Shown one piece after another: positions 25,651 to 37,390 of a stretch of DNA of 64,000 bases. Location: NCBI RefSeq assembly GCF_018977255.1, contig NW_024704742.1, forward strand, positions 112,966,001-113,030,000, given 5' to 3'. The notes beneath the pieces were generated by a model. The model searched no databases. It was given only the letters and a program-made list of their open reading frames with translations, and had not been told where the DNA came from. The stretch's first letter is position 1. Each line of letters begins with the position of its first letter. Position numbers and translations under genes: made by a program. The DNA comes from Callorhinchus milii. Taxonomy: Eukaryota.

Positions 25651-26024
25651 GGAGTCCTTAGCTCAGTAGTGGGGCATTCATCTCACAAGCGAGAGACATG
25701 GGTTCGTTCCCGACAGGGCAAAATGTTCGGCAAGTTTCCTTAATTGATACGCCTCTGTTTACCTAGCGTAAGTAGGAACCCGCTTGTTAGTTGATTGGTG
25801 GATCGCTTTACCAGGGTTAATAATGCCTTGAAAAATAATAATAATAAATTGGTCACTTCAATCCATGACTGTTTGTAGGACACTACTGTGCGCAATTGGC
25901 TGCCGCTTTTCGTCCACAAAATATTCAGTCAATTCACTTTACAGTATATTCTGTGAAGTGCTTTGAGATTTCTCAAAGACCTAATAAGGCTCTATATCAA
26001 ATGCAAGGATTCTTATTATTATTT
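25651..26024 (+). mobile_element. tRNA-derived Deu SINE, long subfamily, inside the Tigger
   Basis: Head, central block, Deu core and tail. Confidence 0.88.
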
Positions 26025-26089
26025 ATAAGATATGTAGTTTAAGGAAAAACCTTAAATCCTGCTGAAAATCCCACTGTCACAATTGATCT

Positions 26090-26222
26090 TGAAATGTTCA
26101 TTGAGAAAGCCAAGGCTTTTGCCAATCAGCTAGTCCTGAAAAATTTCACCACCAACAGTGGGTGGTTTAGTTGCTTTAAGCCTTGGCATGGAGTTGGGTA
26201 CAAAAAAAATTGCAATGAGGGT
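26090..26222 (+). pseudogene. Tigger transposase CENP-B/Tc5-type HTH remnant
   Basis: My translation: EMFIEKAKAFANQLVLKNFTTNSGWFSCFKPWHGVGYKKNCNE, resembling the EKA...F.AS.GW..RFK.RHG...GE consensus. Confidence 0.8.
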
Positions 26223-28269
26223 AAGCCTGGCTCAATAAAGAAGGGTCAAGAGAACAGCTAACAAAAAGCCAAGGAACCTGAGAACAATGATAAAGAGTCC
26301 AACGATGACAGTATTTGGTATGTAACTTGCAATAAAACATTTAGCATGTATGAAAGATTGTTTAATCGAAAGAAATGGATGAAGCAGCTAAGTATTTGGA
26401 CAAATTACAAGCTCTAATTCAAAAAGAACAAGTGTCACGTATGAAACAATGTACTCTTAAATTACTTTTTATTAATTAAATAAATTAAGGAAAATACATG
26501 TAAATACACAAAAGGGTAGATAAATTGTAATCATAGTAGATTAAATAATCTAATTACAGTATTGTTTTGGAAATATGTGTAACTAAATGATTCAGCAATT
26601 TTTTAACCATAGTGTATTTTTCTGCATTGTTCATAAATTTATGTGAACCTCACAACTTATGTTGATAAAATTCAAACACTCCCCGATATATCGACATAAG
26701 CGGTTAGGACTGTATTGGAGAATATTTTTGGCTAGCAAGATAAATGGGCATGGTATTTCAACAATGATAACTGCCCTACATGCAAATATAGCTTGCAGGG
26801 CAAAGAGCATGTTTAATATCTCCAAGTCTCAATGATGAGCTAGACAAACTGGTCAATAATCATCTGTGCCATGACTTTGCATTTTTCCACAGAGACATTT
26901 CAATGCAAGCAGCCCATGCTCATCCTGATATGACAATTACAGTGTTAAACTATTCTTATACTGGAATTGTAAAACAATATACTAAGCCTCAGCATATGAG
27001 AAATGTTGGTCCCAGATGCCATAAAACTCAAGCAAAAAGGTTTTATCTGTAGCTCAAGGTAAATATGATGATTCTTTGCCACAAACATTAGTACTAAATG
27101 CTAAATGCTTGTATGTCACGCACCAAATGTTGTCCATATTAACAGGAAGATATAATGAACTCTTCTTTTTGCAAACCAAGAGCTTCATACAGCACCTGAT
27201 CCTCAGAGTCTTCTTCAGCACTATATGTATCAGCTGTGAAACTTCAACACTGCTGACATCACTTGTGTGAAATGATATCTGTAACGCTTCCTGTACTGTG
27301 ATTCCAATTGTAACTTGGCAACCTGGAAGTTGGCCATTTTTTAGCACAGGAAACTGCCTCGTCAGCATAGGAAGCAGACTTTAGTTAGCGCAAGACACCA
27401 AAGCTTTAATTAAAAATAACACTATAGCAGCGTCAATATATGGGATTTCCCTGTATTTTTATTAATGTTTTTAATTACAAATCAAGCTAACTCACTAGTC
27501 GCCCATGCACCAGTGACAAGTAGCAGGAATGGCATGATGTATTAATAATTATGTGAGAGGAATGGAAACAAGCTCAATTCTTTTTAATATGATACAAGAA
27601 AATACTAACATCACATATATTTGCAATACAAGACGGAGTAAAATATACTTTTGTTCAATTTGATCTGTGTTTCCTGGAAGGTTGTCTGGCAGAGTGGAAA
27701 CAGACTCATGTGATCTTAACTTGGTAGTGGTGACACATTTTGAAGTAAAATGGCCTTGAGCAAACCATAATCTCTAAACAGAGCCAATCTTCCATGAGGT
27801 TCTAATGTAAACGTGGCAGCTTTAATATTTATCACTCATGGTCTCCCAAGTGAACAAGAATTTCACCAGTTCACCAGAGTCTAAACATAAGCAGCGGTTT
27901 ATAGCCAATATATTTAGTTTGTTGTTTATTAAGCTCTACCATCACAGAGATAAAGGTTGAGGGCCAACTATTGTTTGTATGTGCTCACAAAACAGATGAT
28001 AGAAGATTGGATATATTACTTACTGCTCTTCAAGTGCTTGATAGAGGAAAGTCACCTTACCTGTTAGATACCCAGGAGCAATAGGCAACTGCCTCAAATG
28101 TTGGTAACTTGTAGTATGGTCAAAACATTGCAGGTAGGTCTGCACAGTAAACATTTTAAAGATTCTCTTCAATTCCAATCAAACCTTTGTAGAACTAAAT
28201 AAAATTTTAAGTGGGATTGAAAAATAAAGCTAGAACAACATTTGCATCAAGCCAACTACAATGAACAAC

Positions 28270-28470
28270 AACAAATCACAGAATACTGCAGATGCTGGAA
28301 ATCTGAAACAAGACAGAAATTACTGGGAACATTCAGCAGATCAAGTTGTTCCTTTTTCATCAGACAGTTCTGAGAAGGGTCATGGACCCGAAACGTTGAC
28401 TCACTTTCCTTTCTCCGTAGATGCTGCCTGACCTGCTGAGTGTTCCCAGTGATTTCTGTTTTTGTTTCAC
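28270..28470. mobile_element. Penelope pLTR pair in inverted arrangement
   Basis: Arms 28304-28343 and 28429-28469 are near-complementary; text matches the pLTR at 9630-9760. Confidence 0.8.
28366..28401 (+). ncRNA. Minimal hammerhead ribozyme motif with a 1-nt core deletion
   Basis: agtt-CTGA(-)GA-a-gggtc-atg-gaccc-GAAA-cgtt-gact. Confidence 0.6.
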
Positions 28471-28544
28471 AATAAACAACAAATTGCATTTATTTTGCAC
28501 CTTTCAAGTTAGGAGCAGGTCCCAAGGCGCTGAATATGGTAGAA

Positions 28545-28866
28545 TAAGAGGGCATAGGTTTAGAGTTGGAAAGGGAAATTTCAGACAGACACCAGGAACA
28601 TCTTTTCTTTACCTTGAGGGTAATTTACAACAGGAACATGTTATCAGGAACGATGGTGGATGCCAAGATATTTCTAAAACAGTTTGGTCCTGTGACGGGG
28701 AGATATTAAGGTAGAAGGATGAGGTCAAATAGGCCAAAGGATTTTTTCATCCACACTAACAATAATAATAATAATAATCCTTGCATTTGATATAGCACCT
28801 TATCATGTCTTCGGGACATCTCAAAGTATTTCACGGAATATACTATGAAGTGAATTGACTGTATAA
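28545..28866. mobile_element. CR1 3' fragment (+) with an antisense SINE tail (28758-28866)
   Basis: RGHRFRVGKGNFR remnant; (aat)n and ccttgcatttgatatagc. Confidence 0.6.
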
Positions 28867-28971
28867 TCTTGTGATCTTGTGAAAAACAACAACTTGCATT
28901 TATATAGCGGCCTTCACTCTGGACGGCGTCTCAGTTTTATGATATGACAGCAAGATAAAACATCAGACCTA

Positions 28972-30378
28972 AAAAAACTGCAAAGGTCGGAAATGTGAAA
29001 CATAAACAGAAAATGCAGGAAATCCACAGCACTTTAATAGGAAAGATAAAAATAAGTTAATATTTTGACCACGCCCCCTATTTGATGAAATGCCATACAT
29101 TGACCTCTCTGCCACCTTAGACACTGTCGACCACTCCATCCTCATATACCGCCTCTCCGCTTTACTCAATCTTTGCTGACCTGGACTTGCCTGGTTCAAT
29201 TCCTATGTCTCTCACCATCTCCACTTTGTTGCCTCTAATGGTTTCTCCTCCAGCCCCCGCACTGTCACATCTGGCGTCCCCCAGGGCTCTGTCCTTGACC
29301 CTCTCCTCTTTAATATCTACATGCTCCCCCTTGGTGACATCATCCGCAGACATGGGGTCAACTTCCACATGTATGCAGATGACACACAACTCTATCTTTC
29401 TGCCTCCACCCTCAACTCCAGGACCACTGCTGTCCTGACACACTGCCTGTCAGACATCAAGTCCTGGATGAGGGCAAATTTCCTACAGTTGAATGTGAAC
29501 AAGACTGAGGCCCTCCTGATTGGCTCACGTCAGCGCCTCTGCACCTCAGGCTCTGGGAACATCAACTTCCATGGTTGCATACTTCAACTCACCAAGCCAG
29601 TCAGGAACCTGGGTGTCTTGTTCGACCCTCAACTGTCTTTTCTGCCCCATATCCAAGCCATGACCTGTTTTGTCTTCCCTCACCTCCGTAACATCGCCCG
29701 ACTCCGCCTCTACCTCACCCCTCAGGCCCTGAAACTCTTGTTCATGCCTTCATCGCATCCAGGCTCGACTATGCAAATGCCCTGCTTGTCGGCCTTCCCA
29801 ACTCCTCCCTCCACAGGCTGCAGATAATCCAAAACTCTGCAGCCCGTGTCCTCTCCCGCACCAAACTCCGTGACCCCATCTCTCCCATTCTCGCCCAACT
29901 CAATTGGCTCCCTATCCTTCAGAGGATCCAGTTCAAGATCCTGGTCCTACCTACAAAGCCCTCCAGTGCCTCGCCCCACCCTACCTCTGTGACCTACCAA
30001 CGCGCCTGTTCTCTCCTCTCAGCCGGCTCCAGTCTGCTCCACTTCCCCGGCCCCACCCGCCCCATCATTGGCGGGAGAGCCTTCAGCCAGTATGCCCCCA
30101 ACCTCTGGAATTCCATCCCCCAATCACTCCCCTCGCCCCCTCCCTAGCCTCCTTCAAGTCCTGCCTCAAGACCCTCTTCTTCGACCATGCCATCGGCCAC
30201 CCCCCTTCCCCTCCCCTGACCCCAGCTCGGGTCTGAAATGCTGTACACTGTCCAGCGCCTTGGGACGTCCTCCCAACGTGAAAGGCGCTATACAAATGTA
30301 ATCTTGTTGTTGTTGACCTATTGCTGTTTCAGATGCTGGCTGGCTTAGTGGTGGATTGCCAGCATTTCTGTTTTTAAT
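28972..30378. mobile_element. Decayed Penelope pLTR inverted pair split by an L2
   Basis: aaacagaaaatgcaggaaatccac on the left versus gtggattgccagcatttctgtttt on the right. Confidence 0.5.
29100..30319 (+). mobile_element. L2 LINE, RT core to 3' end, with TSD
   Basis: [25 protein letters not shown], (ttg)n tail; ttgacct at 29100-29106 and 30313-30319. Confidence 0.93.
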
Positions 30379-31775
30379 GTTGATATGTTCACTGTTTCAG
30401 ATACACAAACGCTTGGTAAAGTAATTAATTAACTTGAATTGCCCGAAGTGTCTGAAATGAATGCAGTTTGCATGCTGTCAAAGCTAATTTATTGAATCAT
30501 GACTGACTTTTAGGGAATCCTTGTGACTCTGAGGCAATTTAGCAGTAATGAACTTAAAGTTAATTCTAATGATGATTGCCAAGATTCAGCATTCTGTAAT
30601 TATGGTATGGTACATAACGTAAGTATGGTCATGATACATAAGTGGTAGCACACTAAAAACATAAACAGGATGAGAAGCTGTGAATCTGGAATTGAAAGCT
30701 TTTCCCCTTTTGTATGCATTACATTCAACTTCAGCCTGAGAGCCTAAAATTATGCAGTAACCAATTAAATAAGAGGTGACTTCAAACCTAAGGCAGACTA
30801 GTTTCGCTGCTCTCTGGAGATGGACACATTTTTACATGGAACAGGTACATGCAAATGCTGTGAGAGATAATGTAAGCTCTACTGTTCTGTAGGGTTTTTC
30901 AGTTATGGAAGAAAGCCGCTTTGAGACAAAGAGAATACTGAAAACAGAATTCCATTAAGCTTAAACCTCCTTTTTAATCCCTCTCTTGCATTAGCTATAA
31001 ATGTGTTCACTTTGCACATGGTGTACTTATGTAAATTAATCCAATCAGTGAGAAACACATTTCAAAAATAAAATCTTATTCTTCCGAGTTGTAACACGGT
31101 TAGGAATAATAGGTGGTGATATATTCTGACCTTATCATAATTTTCAGAAGGACTGCTAAGGAGACAAATGATCATAACTAGTTTACCAAAATAAAAGGTT
31201 AACCTCGATTACCTTTGCCATATATCCTTTGGGAGTACCATATTGAAGCATAACCATTCCCCATTAAAAATTAAATCAATTTCTGTGGTTTATTCATGGG
31301 TACAATTCCTCTGTCAAATGTTCTGAGACATCCGCTTACAGTGCTGTGTAGAAATTGCAGTTTGTTACATGATATTAGTTTAATCCTAGAACACCAGTAC
31401 AAGTAGAGATGACTGAATGTTGTGTGAAACGGTAGTCACCGATCTGTTGGGACCTCAGAAATATCAAGTCAAGGAAGACAAAAAGTGTAGGGTGTGAGGC
31501 TAGATCGAGATTCCGAATAATTTTGATGGAGAATTGTTGAACGTTTGTCAGGGGTTAGATGCATTGGGTAGTGGAGTGTCTCTGTAGATTTGATGAGCTA
31601 GATGGTCTTTTCATGGTTGATGCTTTCTTATGTTGTACTCAATGTAATATACAAGGATTTTACGATAGCATTATTATTATTAGTTGGTCAGTGGGATTCT
31701 GACACATGTGGAAGCCAATCGTCATGCTTAACAGAATCGAAACCAGACTGAGAGTCCCACACATATATGCCACCT

Positions 31776-32850
31776 ACAACAACACCAAGATTGCATTTAT
31801 AGAGCGCCTTTCACGTTGGGAGGACGTCCCAAGGCGCTGGACAATTGGGTCGGGACCCGAGCAGGGGGGAAGTGGTCAGGGTGAGGGGAGGGGATGGAAG
31901 GGAGGGAGCGAGGATGGGATAGAGAGTCGAGAGGGGAGCTGAGGGCACGGTTGAAGAGAAAGGTTTTGAAACCGGCCTTGAAAGAGGAAAGGGAGGAGGC
32001 AAGGCGAAGGCACTGGGGGATGGAGTTCCAGAGCCTAGGGGCTGAGAGGCTGAAGGCCCGGCCACCGATGGTAGGGAAGTTAGAGCGGGGGATGTGGAGC
32101 AGACCGGAGCCAGAGGAACGGAGGGTACGGGCAGATAAGTAGGGGTAGTGCCGTAGTCTGGCGATGTTCCGGAGGTGGTGGAAGGCAGTGCCAGTTGTGG
32201 CGCGGATGTGGGGAAGAAAGGGCAGCTCAAGGTCGAACAGAATACTAAGGTTCCTGACTGGCTTTGAGAGGTGGAGAGTGCAGCCTTGGATGCTGATGCT
32301 GGGTTTCAAGGACAGGATGAATTTGGTGACAGAGGGTGGGGAAACGGGTTCAAAGGTGTGTAGGGGAAGATGGGTAGGAGTCGGAGTGTGGGAGGGAAGG
32401 GGTGAGGGGTGGGTGGAAGTTGGAGGGGCAGATTCCCATGATTTTGGATTCAAGGAAATCCAGCATCTCCTCGCAGTGAAGGTTGGCGGAGATGATCTGC
32501 GTGGGGTGGCGGGGGGGATGGAGGAGTCGGGATGTGGTAGAAAACAATAGCCTGGGTTGTTCTTCGCCTCCAGAATTATCCTGGAGTAGAAGGACGACTT
32601 GGCTGAGGCTAGAGTGGAGCCGTAAGTTTTGAGGAGGTCCAGCCACATTTGTCGGTGGACCGTTAGGCCAGATTTGAGGCAGGTGCGTTCAGTGGCCCGC
32701 ACCTGGCTCTTCAGTGAGCGGAGGTAGGTGGTGAACCAGGGAGAGGAGCAAGAATAAGAGCGGGAGGTGATGGGGGCACGAGTGTCGAGTGTGGAGGAGA
32801 GGGTGTTGTGGAGGAGGGTGAGAGCAGAGGGGGGGTCGGTGAAGGATGAA
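31776..32850 (-). mobile_element. L2 LINE with two internal deletions, RT core absent
   Basis: Linker region joins directly to [25 protein letters not shown] joins directly to PYLSARTLRS; 3' end intact. Confidence 0.85.
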
Positions 32851-32942
32851 GGCCAGAGGGAGAAGAGTTCAGAGGACTACACATGGAAATTGCTATGTGT
32901 CTGAAATGGAATGTATGCCCTTCCCCAGCGAGACATACCCTG

Positions 32943-33166
32943 CTTACCTTATTTTGGAGAGTATTGGGTGGCCAAATCTTGAGGACATCAGAGTGTATTT
33001 TGGGGCAGTGCTAAAGTTTAGCCAATGGGAAGCTTGCCAGATAGTGCCAAATAGTGCTCTTATTATTCAAAGCATTGTCTGGCAAGCTTCGCATTGCTTG
33101 TCGAGATAAGACCATCCAACACATTAGTGATTTGGCTTGCACAGTTACCTGGAGCTGAGTGGTAAG
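32943..33166. repeat. Imperfect palindrome (MITE-like) with a strong central hairpin
   Basis: Arms 33023-33047 / 33072-33096; outer matches gccaaatc/gatttggc and cttacc/ggtaag share roughly the same centre. Confidence 0.6.
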
Positions 33167-34947
33167 AATCTCTGCTCCCAGTTAAAGAAAATGTTGTAGA
33201 TGGAATGTTTGGACTGTTGAGCGTTTGGTGCCATTTAAGGTCAGTTAAAAAAAATAGATTTCAGGATAAGAAAGCATTGTCTGAACATCACATACCATTA
33301 CCTCCCACTATGGGCCAACGAGAACCTCCTCCATGCTTTCATCACATCCTAAGTGATGTAGTTCACACTCCTGCAGTTTAAATATAAGAGGGGATAAAAT
33401 TGCACTTGGTTCTCGAGGTGACATTTGTGCATGGCCCAAGGACATTGAATGAAGCTTTTTTAATAACATAGTTGAAAATATGGCATTCTCTGCATTAATT
33501 TGCAAGAATGACCTTTAGAGTTGTGATTTATTTACAATGTTTTAAAAAAATTTGGTAACGATTGCATAATTTCACATTCAAACCAGATGTTTTGCAGCAG
33601 TAGCTGTATTTTGCATTTAGTGAATGAGGCATTTTCAACCCTGGTGACTTGAATTTGAACACATCATCAAACACAAGAAGCGAAACAGATAGCAAAGAAG
33701 GTGAGCAGGGTAAAAGGGAAGAATGAAAGTCACGACGAAGACAAGAGCAGAACTTCTTCAAGGTAGGCATTCCTAGAAGAGAAGTGGCAGTGCCTTCAAC
33801 CCTGGTGGATCTGAGATCTTTCAGTGCTCTGCTCGTATCCATGACACATATGTGCAGAATACTACACATTCAAGTGATTGTTTTTTTTTCCTGACCCAAT
33901 TGAAAGTCACGTGCAACAGGGATATAAACCCAGCTTCCTGTTTTGCATTCCTGTAGAGTCAGAGGCAAAGCAACTTCGCTCCCAGCAGTATAACTGCAGT
34001 CTCTAAATAAGATTGCTAGCAGCACAACCTTATCAGCAAAGCAGTAATTGAACAGTAATTGAACATGCTACCTCCAGAATTGCAAACAACTAAACAAGTA
34101 AAACATGCTACAAGTAAAACATAATAAGAAGCCATTTACAAACCAAAATTTCTCAAAGTCCAATAACACATTTTCAGAACCAGGTATAATAATGTGATTT
34201 TTCCCGTAATTAATTTAACAATGGAAAGGCAATGAGATGCTCCAGTTGAAAAAAAATGAATGGCGATATAGTATCCTGGAATTTTCCAATGCACAGTGCC
34301 ACATGGTACATGGTACTTGGTAAATGATTTGGTTTGCAAGTCAGCTGTTGACATTTAACTTTATTAAATACAGCAAACTTCTGTTTCCTGGAATTAATTT
34401 TTTTCTTGTGAAGCTGTTTGGAGAAAACATTCAAGGAATTCTTTGAAAATATTTACTGCTTTGAAATTGCCATTATAGCACACATACAAAAGCATTATTC
34501 CAACAAGGAAATTATGCCAACTATCATACGGTTATATTTTAGATATACAGGATAGTCTGTTGACAAACTGGAGAGTAAGGTTACAAGTATATTACATCTG
34601 CTGCACGAGAATTAAAGCTCCAGAGGTTTACGGTGCTGTCATTTCTCAATAAAGTGAGAACTGATGATGAATCACATATGCTGCAAAAGTACAGGACAGG
34701 GGAGCACAGTGCATAGAAGAGACTCAATCCAGTCTCATCCAATGTCAAGCAAGCCCATCAATGTCAAACTGAATTGCAGTCAATAACAACACCATTCCAA
34801 TCCACAGCTCAAATAAAGGAATATACCTGGTCGCATGTTATTTTCATGTTATTTTCTTTTTCTGTACAGTTTATGTTTATCAAAAGGATGGATGTTAATA
34901 CAATACTGTGTTATGGGTTATTGTTTCACAATTTGCAATGCCGGATA

Positions 34948-35300
34948 TTATAATAATAATCCTTACATTTGATATAGAGCCTTATCACATCTTCACGACG
35001 TCATGTGAAGTGGACTGATTGTATATTTTGTTGGCAAAACATGGCAGCCAATTGCACACAACAGTGTCCCACAAACAGTCATGGATTGAGTGATCACATT
35101 TTTAACAAAAAATTTGCAAGAATTATTATCCCCGGAAAAGTGATCCGCCAATCGACTAACAACTAGGTTCCTACTTACTGCTAGGTAAACAGAGGCATGT
35201 GGAGTAAGGAAACTTGCCCAACCTTTCGCCCTACTGGGAATCAAACCCAAGTCCTCTTGCTTGTGAGGCGAGTGCTCTAACCACTATGCTGCAGGACTCC
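34948..35300 (-). mobile_element. tRNA-derived Deu SINE, long subfamily
   Basis: Full architecture on the minus strand. Confidence 0.88.
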
Positions 35301-35459
35301 ATATCTTCAGAGCAAAAACTGCTTAAGCCTGATATTCTGTGCATACTCTATTAAGGAAATATTTTAAAAGTCATATAAAAAGATTAAGACATATTTTGCT
35401 AAAATACATAACGTGCTGTAATTTATTTGTATAAAATACCAAACAATGCTATTGTTAAT

Positions 35460-35945
35460 TCATGTCCAACCCTTCAACCACAGTTTCTGGTAGTGAGTCC
35501 CACATTTTCACCTCTGTGTTAAATAATTCTTCCTAAACTCCCTTTTAGATCTGCTACTGGCAATTTTATACTTGCACCACCTCTGTGAATTTGTTACTGT
35601 GGAACTCACTAACCTTGGATTCACCAGCAAGTGGAAACAACCTATAAAGGACCGCTTTATTGAATCCTTTCATAATCTTAAACACTCTACCAGGTCCCTT
35701 CTCAATGATCTCTCAACCAGAGTGAAAAACTTTAACCAGACTGATCTTTCTTTATAGCTGCATCCTCTTATTCTTGGAAACATCCAAATAAATCTATGCT
35801 ACACATCCTCCAATGCTACAATATCCTTCCTATAATTTGGAACTACATATAATCCAAATGTGGTTGGTCCAAATAAGATTTCATATAAATTTACCATTAC
35901 TTATTTATTGTGTATTCTATTTCTCTTGATATAAAGCCAAGTGCA
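35460..35945 (-). mobile_element. Old CR1 3' fragment
   Basis: Antisense CR1 text (cataatctta aacactcta, caatgctacaatatccttccta). Confidence 0.6.
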
Positions 35946-36234
35946 CTAAAATCACAGATAACTGGACTAATGGGGGGAGAGATCCCGGCAGTTTGCTTGC
36001 TTGCCTGTTTATGGCCTCCTGAATCTTTTATCTCTTCATTATTTGTCATAGCCCCAATTTGGAGTTATCTGTGAATTTTTACATCAAGCGTACTGTTGTT
36101 GAGTCCAAATCATTTATGCATGTAGAACATTGCATCCAATTTAATGCATATGCAACATTGCATCCATTAAGCAAGCATTTGCCCTCCCGCCCCCCACTCC
36201 CATCACACACTCCAATAAACATGGCTAACAAACC

Positions 36235-37390
36235 TTTCAAACTGGCTCAGTTGGTTGCACTCTTGTCTCTGAATTAGAAGGTTGAGGGGGCATATAATTA
36301 CAGTCTTTAAGATTAAAGGGACTAGATAATATAAACCACAGTCCCTGGTTTATCTTGTACTGAACAATGGAACCAGAGAACACAGTCTGCGATTGAAGGG
36401 GTAAATTCAGAACAAATCTGCGGGAACACTACTTCAGTGAATGAGTAGTAAACATATGGAACAGGCTCCCTAGGGAAACTGTGGAAGCAGAAATTGTTAA
36501 TTCTTTCAAGAACAAATTAGATCGATTTCTGTTAGGAAATAATATCTCGGGATACAATATATAGTTTGGGACACAACATGTCATGCAACTACCAAGATGG
36601 TGGGAGGTGAATTGGATGAACCTTGGTCTTCTTTCAGCTAACAAATTCTTATGTTCTTGTGTTGTGGGTTCAAGACCCACATCGGGTTTGGAGTTCATAT
36701 AGTCTATTCTGATACTCCAGTGCAATATTGGGGTGAGCTGTATTGGGGTGTGTTTTTGGAAGTGCCATCCTTTGGATGAGGCATTAAACCAAATTATAAT
36801 AATTCTTGCATTTGGTATAATGCATTTCACGGCAAGAGGATGTCCCAAAGCACTTCACAGGATTTATTGTGAAGTGGAGTAACTGTGTATTTCTAGGTGT
36901 ATGGGACATCCCAATTACATATAGCAATGTCTCACAGATAGCCATGGAACAAATGATTAATTTTTTTCTGGGGAACTATTTGCCAGGGCACTTCCTTAGC
37001 TTTTTAAATTGTGCTATGGGATCTTATCTTCCACCTGAACAGGCAGACAAGACCTCAGTTTAACGTCTGATACAAACAATGGCACCTCTGACCTGCAACA
37101 TATCCCCAGCACTGCTTTGGAGTGTCAGCCTAGACTATGTGAGTTGAAAATTCCAATGTGGGCTTGAAACCAGAACATTCTGACTCAGAGACGAGAGTGC
37201 TACTACTGAACTAAGATGATGCAAGCTCCCATCTGCTTGTTCAAGTGGACATTAAAACCCCAGGGCCCTCCAATGGCATTGCCAACAATCCCCCAAATAA
37301 AATTGGTGATTCACTGTTTGTGGGATACTGTTGTTCGACCATAACATACACACTCCACTTTGCTATATATCCTGTGAAGCACTTTGAAAC
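36235..37390. mobile_element. Nested cluster: plus-strand Deu SINE split by a CR1 3' end (about 36365-36660, +) and an antisense Deu SINE (about 36795-37220)
   Basis: SINE head at 36240, resuming at 36660 and 37225; CR1 WNRLP...FKNKLDRF remnant. Confidence 0.65.

Larger units (their letters stand above)
25026..26712 (+). mobile_element. pogo/Tigger DNA transposon, internally deleted, with a nested SINE
   Basis: Imperfect TIRs cagtcctacacacttat (25026) and ataagcggttaggactg (ending 26712), right-hand TA; CENP-B-type HTH remnant. Confidence 0.82.

Noticed and set aside
33528..33869. 113-aa minus-strand ORF as a host gene
   Set aside because: No recognisable domain and no supporting exon partners
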